64,000 bases of DNA, from positions 682,001-746,000 of the forward strand of contig CP145420.1 of NCBI GenBank assembly GCA_036867785.1, written 5' to 3'. The translations under genes and the position numbers were made by a program. The first letter of the stretch is position 1. Every line of letters starts with the position of its first letter. The notes under the pieces were generated by a model. The model searched no databases. It had not been told where the DNA came from and worked only from the letters and a program-made list of their open reading frames with translations. Below are positions 1-11,308 of this stretch, piece after piece. The DNA comes from Plasmodiophora brassicae (taxonomy: Eukaryota).

Positions 1-23
1 TGTCAACCCGGATTAAATTGCAG

Positions 24-716
24 GGTCCCCAAGGGCAGCCCGACTTTGATCCACTGCCGCCGGCCCTTCTACGAAAGTACATTCAGTACTCCCAGCAATA
101 CGTTCATCCGAAGTCCGTTCGTGTGTGGATATTGATGGCCTGCCCGTTCACATGTCTTCGTTCAGGCTATCACCAGAGGCGCGTGCGACGTTCAAACAGT
201 TCTACTTGCAGCTGCGTCGTGAGAGCAATGTTAGCTGTGCGGATGGCAGTCGCCAAGTTACGACTCGCCAGCTTGAATCCCTAATTCGGCTGGGCGAAGC
301 TCGTGCTCGTTTAGAACTTCGGGAGATAGTCACCGAACAGGACGCATGGGTATGCCTAACGACTCACTTGCGACCTGCCAACCTTGATTTCATCTTCGTC
401 TGCTTAGGACGTCATAGAAATCATGAAAGAATCGCTGTTCGACCTGTACGCGGATGAATTCGCACCGGTCGATGTTGCGAGCCAACCTGGGAAACGAGGT
501 GGATCGAGGACGAAGCAGGCGAAGGAGTTCATCAAGGTCGCGGGTCGCCGGGTATCCCAGGGCCACCCTGATATTTTCGACACCAACGCCATGAAGGACA
601 TGGCACGTCAGGCCGGATGCCCCGCTGAAGAGTTCGAGGCGTTCATCGAGCTTCTGAACCAGAATAACGTCATTCTCCACAAGGGCAACAAACGGTATAA
701 ATTCCTGGGCTCCTAG
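24..716 (+). CDS. MCM8: MCM8-like helicase, 3' end (gene begins before the window); introns 113-165 and 350-407
   Basis: Spliced peptide LLRKYIQYSQQYVHPK|LSPEARATFKQFYLQLRR...TTRQLESLIRLGEARARLELRE...|DVIEIMKESL...IELLNQNNVILHKGNKRYK matches the MCM sensor-2 helix and an MCM8-type winged-helix C-terminus. Confidence 0.88.
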
Positions 717-822
717 CACTGCCGCATCATTGGCTCATTGCAAGAAATGCTTTAATTTAGTTTGGCAAATAGAGCAGTAGTTACATGATTGTACATCCTC
801 CGGGCGAGGCACGCGAACGCCA

Positions 823-1717
823 TCAGACGTGTCCTTGGACGAGCTTTCTGAGATATCCTTCGACAAGAGTGAGTATGGCCCCGTGCTGTGCCCGCAGCAA
901 TCCACTGGATTCTGCTGTCGCCGGCACACCGTCAGACGGCTCATCGCACAGCAATGCTGCCGTCTCAGGTGACGGCGGCGGCGCGCAATCTTCGCTGGTC
1001 GATTTCTGTCCGTATTCCGGGTCGACATCCATGACGTGGCTTGGGCCGGACGGCTCCGATGAATTCACAAGCATCAAGAGGTCCTGAGCAGCTTCCTGAT
1101 CACTTAATCGTTGGGCCTCACGCACCATCAGTTCCGCAACGTTAACGACTTCGACGTCGACTTTCGTGAGGTCTGGCTCCTTCGGAACACGGCCAACTTT
1201 GGCAGACCCTGTGGCACTGGGCTCCCGCTTGGACCCTTTCTGTTGCAACGTTGCTGGGTCAATGGGATTCTGACAGTCGGTGCACTGACAGAGCGGCGTG
1301 CAGGGCAGTCCGTTCTGAAAGCACTCACAGTACTTCTTCGTGCACCCTGACTTCTTGCACCTGCATCCAACGCCGCTCCTGGACCGTGACGATCTGACTG
1401 TGAAAGCCTCCGGATTCCTCTGCCGAATCATAGTGATAGCAAACTGACGCGCTTGCTCGTGCTCGGGGGTATTCAGGCAATTCGTGCAATTGCACCCCGA
1501 ACAGTACGACGACGCCGCAAAGCAATCGCAGTACCTGCCACGTTGATTTAGCGATGACGGGGACAACGGTTGACAACCAAGCATACAGTTTCAAGCATCG
1601 GGAATTCTTGCAATTGCAATTACGGCATTCCTTGCCTGGCATCTCACCCCGTCCTCCAACATCGTCATCGTCCTCCAGGAACGACGGCTGATCCGGCAAC
1701 CGATTACTGAGCGTCAT
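823..1717 (-). CDS. Tesmin/TSO1-like CXC (CRC) domain protein, LIN54 family; at least one intron (~1535-1586); start and end approximate
   Basis: [32 protein letters not shown], an RNPEAF linker, then GCRCKKSGCTKKYCECFQNGLPCTPLCQCTDCQN: two CXC motifs. Confidence 0.88.
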
Positions 1718-2030
1718 CACGCCACTTCGGGACACATGGGAGCTACGCGTAAACGGACGATAATCAACAGGCATGCTGGGCCAAGCACCGTACCCGGACC
1801 ACACATACAAGAACGTCGCCGCCATGTTCAGGCGTGCGTGCCGCCGCGTGCCGCTTCAGCCAGGCAGGGCAGTGTGCGTCAGTCCCCAGGTCCTCAACAG
1901 GCACTACGGACGCACTGCGCGCGGACTTTTTCAGAGCGTACGTACTGCTGTGCTGGCCGGGCCGAACGGTTACGTTATCCCTTCGTCGTCGGGAGTGATC
2001 CTTCAACCAATGTAATATATGTACGGTATT

Positions 2031-4866
2031 CTAGCGTGACAGGTTTCGGGAGAGTCGTCGCGGTTCCGGTCTGGATGGCTGCTCGGAGTCGTCGGTGGAG
2101 ATTGCTCGTGGCATCGACGCGCGTCGCGTTTGACTGGAGCAGCGTTCCCGCGCTTGAGCGATCTGCTCCGGCGTGGCGATACATTCCAAGAGCGTGCGAA
2201 GATGTCTGATGTCGTTGGCGATCTCGGTGTCCACCTTCGTCCTCAACGCGAATAACTGTTGCAAATGTGAAGATGCGGACATCGGGCCAGACGACGACAC
2301 CGACCTGCTCTTCGACGGGTGCTACGGTTACTGTTACCGCCGTACCGGCGCACACGGGGGCATCCAGCCAAGAGCTGTCAGTCTGCAACAGGTTCAGCGG
2401 GTGTCGCACTCGGAGCATGGGATAAGGGCTACCAGGGTCACAACGGCGCTCCCGACCCGTTTGATAATTTCGCTGCTGAGCTTGACATATCTGTCAGCAT
2501 TGGCAGTGGCCTTTTCGGCCGCGTCGTCTGCGCTCGTGGAGCGGGCGTGCTCCGACGGTCGTTCTTTGATCATGCGGCGACGTCCAATCTTGGCAGCGTT
2601 CAGGAATAGCGATTGCGCTTTCTCTTCCATCACGCGTGCCCTGTCCAACGCCGTCTGAAGAATTCCGAACCTGGCCATAACCCTTCCCATGAGCGTCCGG
2701 ATTGGTGGAAGGCTGGCCAGAGCGGCCGGACCTTGTCCTGGCGATGGTCACAAAGTCCTGCCTCATGTCGGTGTTGCTCCGTATAAGCTTGATCAGATCA
2801 GGACGCGGGATCGACCAGACGGTCACCGGGCCTTCTGCACGAACGTCGCCCATCCAGACGCCTGATCAAACAATCAGGAACCGGTTGGGGGTTTCGGAAC
2901 TGTCCCTGGATACCGGTTAGGACGATGCCGAGCTCGCCGATCGAGGTCCCCGCCTCGAATTGCATCAACTGAAACTTTTTGTTCGGGGACAGCAGGACGA
3001 CGGTGCCGCTTTCGACGACCATCCAGTCTGTGGTTGCATCCCCGAATTGAGCCATCAGCTCGCCGTCGTTGAACTGCCACGCAACGTGCTGGGCGTTGGC
3101 GCATTGCACGACCGAGCGATATGCGAGCGCACACCGACCTTGAACACCTTCATCTGCATCAGTATGTCGGACACGAGAGAATTGGGCTTGGTCCGCAAGA
3201 TGGGCGCTCGAGCGATCATTTGACGGAACATGAACGCCGTTGCCGAGTACCGCATGGCTGGTGGCATCTCCAGCAAGATGTCCTACGCGGTGTACCAAAC
3301 ACGCACGCGTCGGTTTCCTTCTTGGGCTCTGCACAGCCGTAGGTACCTTTCCATCGCGGCTGCTAGCCTTCTGGATCCTCCACCAGTCGTGAAAGTATCG
3401 AAACATCTCCAGGCGAAGCTGCTCGGGGAACTGCTGCGCCCTGTGTGCCCCATGCGATTAACGTGACGACTGGACCGATCACCTCCCATCGAGAACGTAC
3501 TCGACAAAGACCGACAGCGACGCCATCTTCTCGATGAATTCCCTTTTCTGGCTGTCGCGTTCGTTCACGATCGAGCTGAATATGGCAGTCACTAATTTGC
3601 GCATCCCCGGTCAGTGCACCGAAACGGTATGGGGGGCGCACGCCTCCCGACCGTATGCTAATGATGTCGCAGAGCACAGCATAATGGCGATAGCGAACGT
3701 TTGTTCGATCGGGCTGACAGCGACAACGTCACCGTATCCCACAGTACACAGCGTCGTCAGGAACTGTCAGCAACGCGGTCGTCGTCAGGAGGACGGACGA
3801 ATCAGTCGAACGCACGCTGCAGAATGTACCCAATACACTGCCACCAGACTATCAACCAGGAATGGAGTTAGAATGGAGTTAGAATGGAACACACACACCA
3901 GCACGCCGCTGTTACGCCTTACTATTCGTCAAGGCCAACCGGGATAAAACTGGCGCGGTCCTGGAACGGGTATCGGGTCATCCATGTCGTGTACGGGTGC
4001 GCTGTGCGATGATGCACGTAAGCCCATTACCGAACAGGGACCGGTGGAAAATCCTACATGGGTGATAACGTGGAGCGATCCGGGCGACGAAGATGAACCC
4101 ACTGCCCATCATGTGCGCCAGTACGCAGAGCAACCCGAGAAGCCAGAGGAGCCTCCCGCGAATGATGGACGCGCGGGTCACCCGTTGGTACCTGCGCGTT
4201 CACGTGAATACGTGCAAGGCGGCGTGCTCAGTGCACCCACGAAGGTGGGCGTCGCAGGCGGCGCTCGTCCAGGATGCGACTGGCGCGATGCAGGCGAAGG
4301 TACTTGAACAGGCGGAACAGGTGCAGCAGCTGTGCCAGGGCGATCATGCTGTCAGGAACCGCCGTTGCGATCGGCCCGAAGGGGAACAGGCACAGCACGT
4401 AGAGCGCGGCGACGAACGGCGTCACGACGCGCATACCGAGGGCCATGGCGAAATCCACAAGGAACACGGCGTCGATGACGTACTCGGCGTCGGTGAAGGC
4501 GTTCGCGACCGTATCGTTAACATACGCGAAGACGATCGGCGTCACCAGCACCGTGTAGACGATGGCAACGGCGACGACGACCTCCCATGCCGTCCAGAGA
4601 CATTGCCGGCGACGGCGACCCGCCTCGTCGGCATCCCTGCCGGAATCGTCCATCCACGCCAGCTTCGCCGACGACCTACCGCCCGCCGCGTACACGCCGA
4701 CCTTGGCCGTCCCGAACATCTTCGCCTTGACAATGTCCCCGGTGACCTGCTGGATCGCGATCGTGGCTTTCAGCCGGCGCATGACCTTCGACCAGCGCGG
4801 CGGGGTCGTGCCGGCGCCCGCATCGTCGACGTTGCCGCCGGACGACGCGCCCGGGTGGGGGTCCAT
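2031..4866 (-). CDS. Cyclic-nucleotide-gated / EAG-like K+ channel, multi-exon
   Basis: TM segments, S4-like LLHLFRLFKYLRLHR, pore FLTTLCTVGYGDVVAVS (~3710-3765), C-linker and CNB domain (FEAGTSIGELGIV, RAEGPVTVWSIPR). Confidence 0.88.
3860..3888. repeat. Short tandem repeat (GAATGGAGTTA x~2.6) followed by (AC)n, within a channel intron
   Basis: ggaatggagtta gaatggagtt agaatggaac acacacac seen directly. Confidence 0.7.
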
Positions 4867-4994
4867 GAGTAGATTATACGGCCGTGGACCGACCGACAGG
4901 ATCGTGCCGATGTGTAATAATCGGTAGGCAGTACAGTGGCCAAGGTGTACCCCTATACCTCTATTTTAGCCTTAACAGTCGTTCGTCATCGCAC

Positions 4995-5828
4995 ATGCCG
5001 CCTAAACGGACAGCGGCGACGACGACGCCGAGCGTGTCGCCGAGCAGCACGCGGCGGCGCCGATCGCCGGGTGTGGCCGCCTCGCCGCAGAGCGCGTTCC
5101 GGGTCGTGTCGCCGCCGGTCACGAAGCGGGCAGTCGGGCGGAAGCGACCGCGCGACGGGGCCGATGCCGTCGACGAGATTGTGGACGCGCTGGCGGCGGC
5201 GATTTCCCGCGCGCGACCGATGGACGCGCGATCGCGGTCGCTGCTGGTGAAGCTCAGGCAGGCGCAGGAGCAGGCCGGCAACGACCTGCTGGATTCGAAA
5301 CTGATCGCCGTCATGATCGATGCCGATCTCGACGACCGCCTGCTGCAGTGCGCGTCGCCGGTCCCCGCCGAGATCGCGACGTTATTCGCTGACATGTTCG
5401 ACAAGGCGGCCGGGAGTTCGCCCAGGCGCAAGGCGCGGATCGATCGCGTGTTCCGTCGCCTGAACGACGCCGTCGTCGTCGACGACACCGAGGACAGCGA
5501 TTGGCCAAAGGTCGCGGACGCGTTACGTGCCGCTGCCGCCGACATTGAACGGTATGGGCCGACCATCATCGTCACGCTCCGCCTGGCCGCGCTACGCCAG
5601 CTACAGGCGATGCATTTCGACGCGTTCGACACGATCGTGCTGATCGTCGAGCTGGTTCGCCGCTGCGTCCGACACAACGGCCTGGAGGCAACCTGTGCCA
5701 TGTTGCTGGACGCGGACGCCCTGAGCGCGTTCCTCGACGCCGTCGACACTAGTCGCCAGGCGCACGCCGACCTCGCTGCTGCGTTCGCTGCCCACGACCT
5801 GTCGTTACCCGACGAGGTCGTCCAATAA
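4995..5828 (+). CDS. Hypothetical protein with basic N-terminus (NLS-like) and helical C-terminus
   Basis: Uninterrupted 277-codon ORF MPPKRTAATTT... with host-like codon usage; no family recognised. Confidence 0.6.
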   Translation: MPPKRTAATTTPSVSPSSTRRRRSPGVAASPQSAFRVVSPPVTKRAVGRKRPRDGADAVDEIVDALAAAISRARPMDARSRSLLVKLRQAQEQAGNDLLDSKLIAVMIDADLDDRLLQCASPVPAEIATLFADMFDKAAGSSPRRKARIDRVFRRLNDAVVVDDTEDSDWPKVADALRAAAADIERYGPTIIVTLRLAALRQLQAMHFDAFDTIVLIVELVRRCVRHNGLEATCAMLLDADALSAFLDAVDTSRQAHADLAAAFAAHDLSLPDEVVQ

Positions 5829-5861
5829 ACGCCGGTTGGAGATGAACTGAATATTAGACAG

Positions 5862-6374
5862 TCACAACAGCTTGACCTTGTGGAAGTCGGGAAGGTCGGC
5901 CGCCTTCTTCGGCATGACGATATCGATGCGGCCGGCGTCCATGTCCTGGTTCACGAATATGTCATTGGCCTCGAACACGATGTCGGGCATCATGATCGTG
6001 CAGGTCGAATGCCCACGGTTGAACTGCGCCCAGATGTCGTCGTCGTCGTCAGCGACGCCGGCGCCCGCCACCATCAGCCACACGTTCAACAGGTTCGCGT
6101 CCTCGTCGAACATGACCTTGACGTCGTTCCTCGACGCATCATGCGTCTCGACGCGGACCGTGACCTCCGCCTCGCGGTCCACGACGACGTACGTCGGCGT
6201 CGGGCGCGGCCCCATGCCCCGATCGTTCAGGACCCATTCGGAGAAGGCGCCGTCCGACAGCACCTCCTCGGCCGCCTGCGACGCTGCCGGCGAGCGGCGC
6301 CTGACGCCGACGGGCCCGAACGGGGCCGGCGCCGCCGACAGTGCGCCGCCGGCGTGCGGTCGCAGTCGCCGCAT
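5862..6374 (-). CDS. HSP20/alpha-crystallin-like protein (divergent)
   Basis: VDREAEVTVRVETHDASRNDVKVMFDEDANLLNV...AGRIDIVMPK follows the ACD beta-sandwich pattern. Confidence 0.55.
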   Translation of the reverse strand: MRRLRPHAGGALSAAPAPFGPVGVRRRSPAASQAAEEVLSDGAFSEWVLNDRGMGPRPTPTYVVVDREAEVTVRVETHDASRNDVKVMFDEDANLLNVWLMVAGAGVADDDDDIWAQFNRGHSTCTIMMPDIVFEANDIFVNQDMDAGRIDIVMPKKAADLPDFHKVKLL

Positions 6375-6488
6375 TTGATCTGCGATCCTTCGTCGGCGCG
6401 AGCGACGGCTGTGACGGGCGGGGCGGCTGTCGACTGTCGGGGCGACCACGTCTGTACAGGCTACACAGTACAGTATACTGCCATCTCG

Positions 6489-7611
6489 ATGCTGCGGGCT
6501 GTGCCGGCCGGGATTGTACGCCCGGCGTACGCCGCCTCGGGCGTGCTGCCGAGGCGGGCCGCGGCGCCGATCGTGAAGACGGCGGCGCAGATCGACGCGA
6601 TGCGCGTCGCCGGACGCATTGCCGCGACGATGCGGGAGCGCGCCGGGCTGATGTGCAAGGTTTGGGGGGTTTCCATGTTCGACCCGATGCCGACGGCTCC
6701 TGAATCCACGTATCCAGCCGGGTGTGACGACGAGCGAGATTGACGGGAGGATCCACGACGAGATCTGCGCTACCGGGGCGTACCCGTCGCCGTTGAACTA
6801 CGCCGGGTTCCCGAAATCGATATGCACGTCGGTGAACGACGTCATGTGCCATGGCATACCGGACCAGACGAGGTTGTCGTCCGGCGATATTGTTTCAATC
6901 GGTGGGCCGCACCGGACTGCCGGCGGGCGACCTGATGACTGACGATCGTGGCAGACGTCTCAGTGTTCCACAATGGCGTACACGGCGACTGGTATGGGAT
7001 GGGGGCGTCGCTCACCCGATTCGGCTTGCGGGACTGATATCGTTCCAGCTGTGCGACGTTCCCGGTCGGGAAGGTCTCGACGGAAGCCGCCGATGTCATG
7101 CGAGCGGCCCGCGATGCTTGCTGGGAAGCGATTGGTATCTGCCGGCCTGGGGTTCGCACCAGTGACATCGGGGTGCTAATTGACGAGTTCGCTGCGAAGC
7201 GCGGGTTCGCCGTTTCTGAGACGTTCTGCGGGCATGGGGTCGGCGAGAGCTTGCACGAGCTACCGAACATCGTGCACACTAAAAGCTCTCGCGAATACGA
7301 AGACGCCGTTATGGAGCCTGGCATGGTACTGTGGTGTACGTACGTGCGGCCATGCCTGCGTGACGATCCCACCATAGGTATTCACAATAGAACCCATTCT
7401 TGTCGTGGGCCCTGATGCAGAGCACGTCATCATGCCCGACCTGTGGACCGCCAAGTCCCAACGCGGCTTCATTTCGGCACAGCACGAGGTTCTGACTACG
7501 TGAGTGTTCATTGTTTTCCGCTCCTCATTCCTGGGCATATAGGAGATGGTCGCTATCACCGAGGCAGGGTGCGAAGTTCTGACTGCGATTCAAACTCCAA
7601 CATACTCGTAA
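6489..7611 (+). CDS. MAP1: Methionine aminopeptidase type I (organellar MAP1D-like), about 5 introns
   Basis: [60 protein letters not shown] and SAQHE metal-ligand motifs. Confidence 0.93.
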
Positions 7612-7809
7612 TTACATGACGGCATACACATGACGCACCTCCGTTTCACGCGTGCGATATGACAGCGAGTCGAAAGGAAATTAGAGACGAGGGTGCACGA
7701 CTGCGCTGTTGTTATTACTCTATAATTCATCGACCGCTCTTACCGCGATAATGACGCCGTAGATTGGCGTCCAGGTGACGGTTCGGTCATGCAGAACCCT
7801 GCCCACGAG

Positions 7810-8210
7810 TCATGGGCGAAGTCTGCAAGACCGCCTCGGACGCTTACTGGCGCCGTTTGCCATACTCTGTGCGACGAAGATCTGACGAACGACCAGGTCT
7901 TGAGCCGCCGCGTTTAGACTGGGAAACGGAACGTACGTTGCAGAGATAGTTGCAGATAACGTCGTAATCCTCCACGTCATCATCTGTCGGAGAACAAGTA
8001 TGTAGCTCGAAGATATCGTCCACATTACTATCGTCGTACATCATTTCCAACAGAAGCAGCGTGTCCAAGTGTTCGGTACACATCGTTGGACACCTTTCCC
8101 ACGGTGAGCCACGTTATTCACCAAGGTCTTAATACAACGCGTTTCGAGACTGGGTGCTCACGAACGTTAACGGCTTCACGGTTACGCCAAGTTTAAGGTG
8201 ATACAGCATA
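7810..8210 (-). CDS. Possible small spliced hypothetical gene
   Basis: Acidic ORF LLLLEMMYDDSNVDDIFELH with plausible GT-AG junctions; no family recognised. Confidence 0.25.
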
Positions 8211-8493
8211 CTGGTACCGTTGTCTCCACCGTCACCTTCGCCTTCCCCGTTCGAGGACCTCCTTGACGGTTGACGCACGATCCCCATTGCCGGGCGGCGT
8301 TGTTGGCCATTGGGGCAATCTGCACCAGTCATCAGTCGTCACCGAAAAATGCCCTTGTTGGGTGAAAACGACCAACACAATAAGAACGGCGGTCGCCGCG
8401 TCGTCCCGCTCGGCGGTTTCTCAACCCGTGGAGAGCGCCTTCGAGCAGCTGGAAGCCTCCCTATACTTCAGATTACGGTCAGGCAAAACCGAA

Positions 8494-9798
8494 ATGTACA
8501 CTGACGGGCGGGGATGTCTCAGGGCTGTAGTATGGACGGCCGGGATCCTGATCGCCATTCGCAGTGGGCTTGCCGATCGTGTCATACTGCTGTCCAGCGA
8601 GGGCGATCAGCACATCGTCAATACCTCGGCTGCCGTCGGTCACTCCGGGCTGCTGAATCAATTAATCAGCCGCCCTTGCAGAGGCGGCGACGACATTATT
8701 CCCCTGCCACACGTTGGCAGTGCCGAGTTGGGACCGATCGCGGGTTTCATCAACAGCGTCCCGCTGCACAAGGTACATCTATGTATCAACCGTTGTCTTT
8801 GCTGATGGAGATGGCGAACTGATGCTTCGTAACAGACTGAGAGGGCGGTGCAGTGGGTTCAGGTCAACCTTAAGGGTGTGGAGCTTGAAGAGCAGTGCCG
8901 CGTGTTGACAGCCGCCGACTACCTTGACATGCACTCGCTCATGATCGCCATTGCGTCTACGAGACGCACCTGGAGCGATATCGATGCGATGCGCGGGTTT
9001 CTGTCCAGGAATGTTTTCCGGTTCCTCGCCGATAACGCGCCAGGCCTCATCCGTCTAAATCAGGTCGCCCGTACAGCCAGGCAGAAGGCGATCGGCGAGC
9101 GGATCCATCGTTGCCTCGTCGCTGGAGGTCATGTCGCATTCGTCCATACCGAACCATGGGACAGCGGCTTGGACGTACTGCAATGGGCCGCCGAGAAAGG
9201 ACGACGGTCGATAGTCGAACTGCTGGTGACGGGCCCTGGAATCGACGTGAACGCGCCCAGCCCGAGCGCCCAGCGGTTGCTTCATTGGGCCGCGTTCTGG
9301 GGATGGGTGAACCTCGTAGAGGTGTTGCTCGTATCCCCGACGACAGACGTCAATGCGCGGGATAACGACAGGCCAACGCCCCTGCATTGCGCCGCCGTCG
9401 CTGGACGCAATCACGTCGTCAAGGTGCTACTGAGCTTCGCCGGCATCCAGGTCAATGCGGGCGACGCGAGCAATAAGACAGCATTGCACTGGGCCGTCTG
9501 GTCCGGCCCCAGCAGTAGGCATAGCGAAGTCGTCGAGTTGCTGCTGAGGGCTCCGGGGATAAACGCCAATGCGCGTGACCAGGACTTAATGACGCCGTTG
9601 CACTGGGCGGTTACCTGTCGGCGCGGCTACGCTGTCAGGTTACTGCTGGCGACCCCGGGAATTGACGTCCAATGTCGCGACAAGGCGCAGATGACACCGT
9701 TGCAGAGCGCCTTAGTCTATGGGAACCAGGAGATCGTAGGTCTGCTAGTGAATGCGACCGTGAACGCCGCCAGCGTCGTCTCGATACGATTGGCATAA
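8494..9798 (+). CDS. Putative secreted Skp1/BTB-like + ankyrin-repeat protein; intron 8773-8835
   Basis: Hydrophobic N-terminus (AVVWTAGILIAIRSGLA); Skp1/POZ-like VILLSSEGDQHIV...IIPLPHVGSAEL and VLTAADYLDMHSL; ~6 ankyrin repeats (TPLHCAAVAG, TALHWAV, TPLHWAV, GIDVNA). Confidence 0.85.
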
Positions 9799-10387
9799 AA
9801 CAACGCGCCCCAGGCTTCTCACGACAGCTGCGGGTGTAGGGCCCGTTCGTTCGTATAGGCCACCAGTCGGGCTGTCCGATAGGTCGCCATCAGCCAAGCT
9901 CGACTCGACGTACTGTGCCAGCTTCGAATGGATTGGTCTACCACCCTCGTCATTTGCTGGTGTAGATGTCCCGGGGAAGGCACATGCATGCACGAACGCT
10001 GGCAGACGATAAGACTGTGTCGCTATACTTAGTGGGGCCCACGGGGAACTCCGCTACGGACCGCGAGGCCCCGAAGGCGGCCACCGTCATCGATCGATGT
10101 GTGCCGCCAAGGAGCATCCTGTGGCAACGTCCTGGCCGTGTAGACGGTATGGTTCGTAGAGTGTTTGTTGCTGCCTTTCCATGACGTCGGTTAGATATGA
10201 CGGGACACGTCTTTCGAACGCCTGTACGCGCTTCACAGGCGAACGCGCCTCTGCCCATGGTTCTTATCACGATTCACGAAACAATGTCATTGACCGCTGA
10301 CTACAATTCACCGGTTTAGGAATATTTGGGCGAAATTCAACTGACGTTAAGTCCCAGGACAGGTTCGCTCATGTAAAGAGCGTTCTT

Positions 10388-11280
10388 GTGGAGAGGTCGC
10401 AGTGGGTGGAACGGCACCGACGTCAGACGAGTCCAGATCCCGGAAGGGCCCATGCGAACGATGAATCCAGCGCTCTTCGGGAACAGCTGAAGACGACGCT
10501 TGCGGAATTCGCTAAAACCCAAACGGAGCTGAGGTTGGCTCGGGAGCGCCTGCTGGAACTGGAAGGGAATCGCACACACCCGCCAGATCCGTCGCAGGCG
10601 ATCGCATCGGAATCGTCGAGCGCCGACCCTCGTCACAATGACAATGCCGGCGCCGTTGCGACCCCCCATTCACGTTTGCACGCCATGTTGAATCCAACGG
10701 CATACAGAGCTCAGCTGAGGTTCCAGTTTGGTTCGTCAGCCGTTACAACCCCGCTGACCGTACCGACGGCTGTCGTCGGCCGCCAATATGGAGTCTGCTG
10801 GAGGCTGTCCTGCTCTGCAATGCCTCGAGTGACGATGCAGCACCTGACCAAACAGCTTGCCGACGTTCCATTCCCCATCACCGATGTGGATGGCGGGGCT
10901 ACGTGGCTCGACAAAGAACCCGTGAAGGTCGTCCTCAGCGGCTTCCCGATCGACAGTCCGAACGGGCAGCAAGCCACCACCGTCATCCACACATGTCAGT
11001 CGCCGCCTGCGTAAGCAGCAAATTCCCGGTCTGAAACCGAATGTCACCCATTATAGTATCCCCTGCGAACTCGTCAATGTTCGCCCCGCGGTACTGCGCG
11101 GACAAGAAGGCGTCTCTGTACATCTACCAGTCGCGGCGGACCGCCCCCGGGACGCAGGCTGTGTGCCGCCTGTCACTGTGGATGGCGAAGAAGGCCTCCC
11201 GGAACCGTCTGGCTGCTGTCGTTGTCACGTTCCAAGAGGACTCGCCGACCAGTGCCGCTAATATACGGGACGCTCAGTAA
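10388..11280 (+). CDS. Hypothetical protein with N-terminal coiled coil (start uncertain; intron ~11011-11056)
   Basis: Two ORFs joined by a gtaag...atag intron; coiled coil LREQLKTTLAEFAKTQTELRLARERLLELE. Confidence 0.5.
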
Positions 11281-11308
11281 TGTGGAAACCCAGATGGGCC
11301 CTGCGCGT

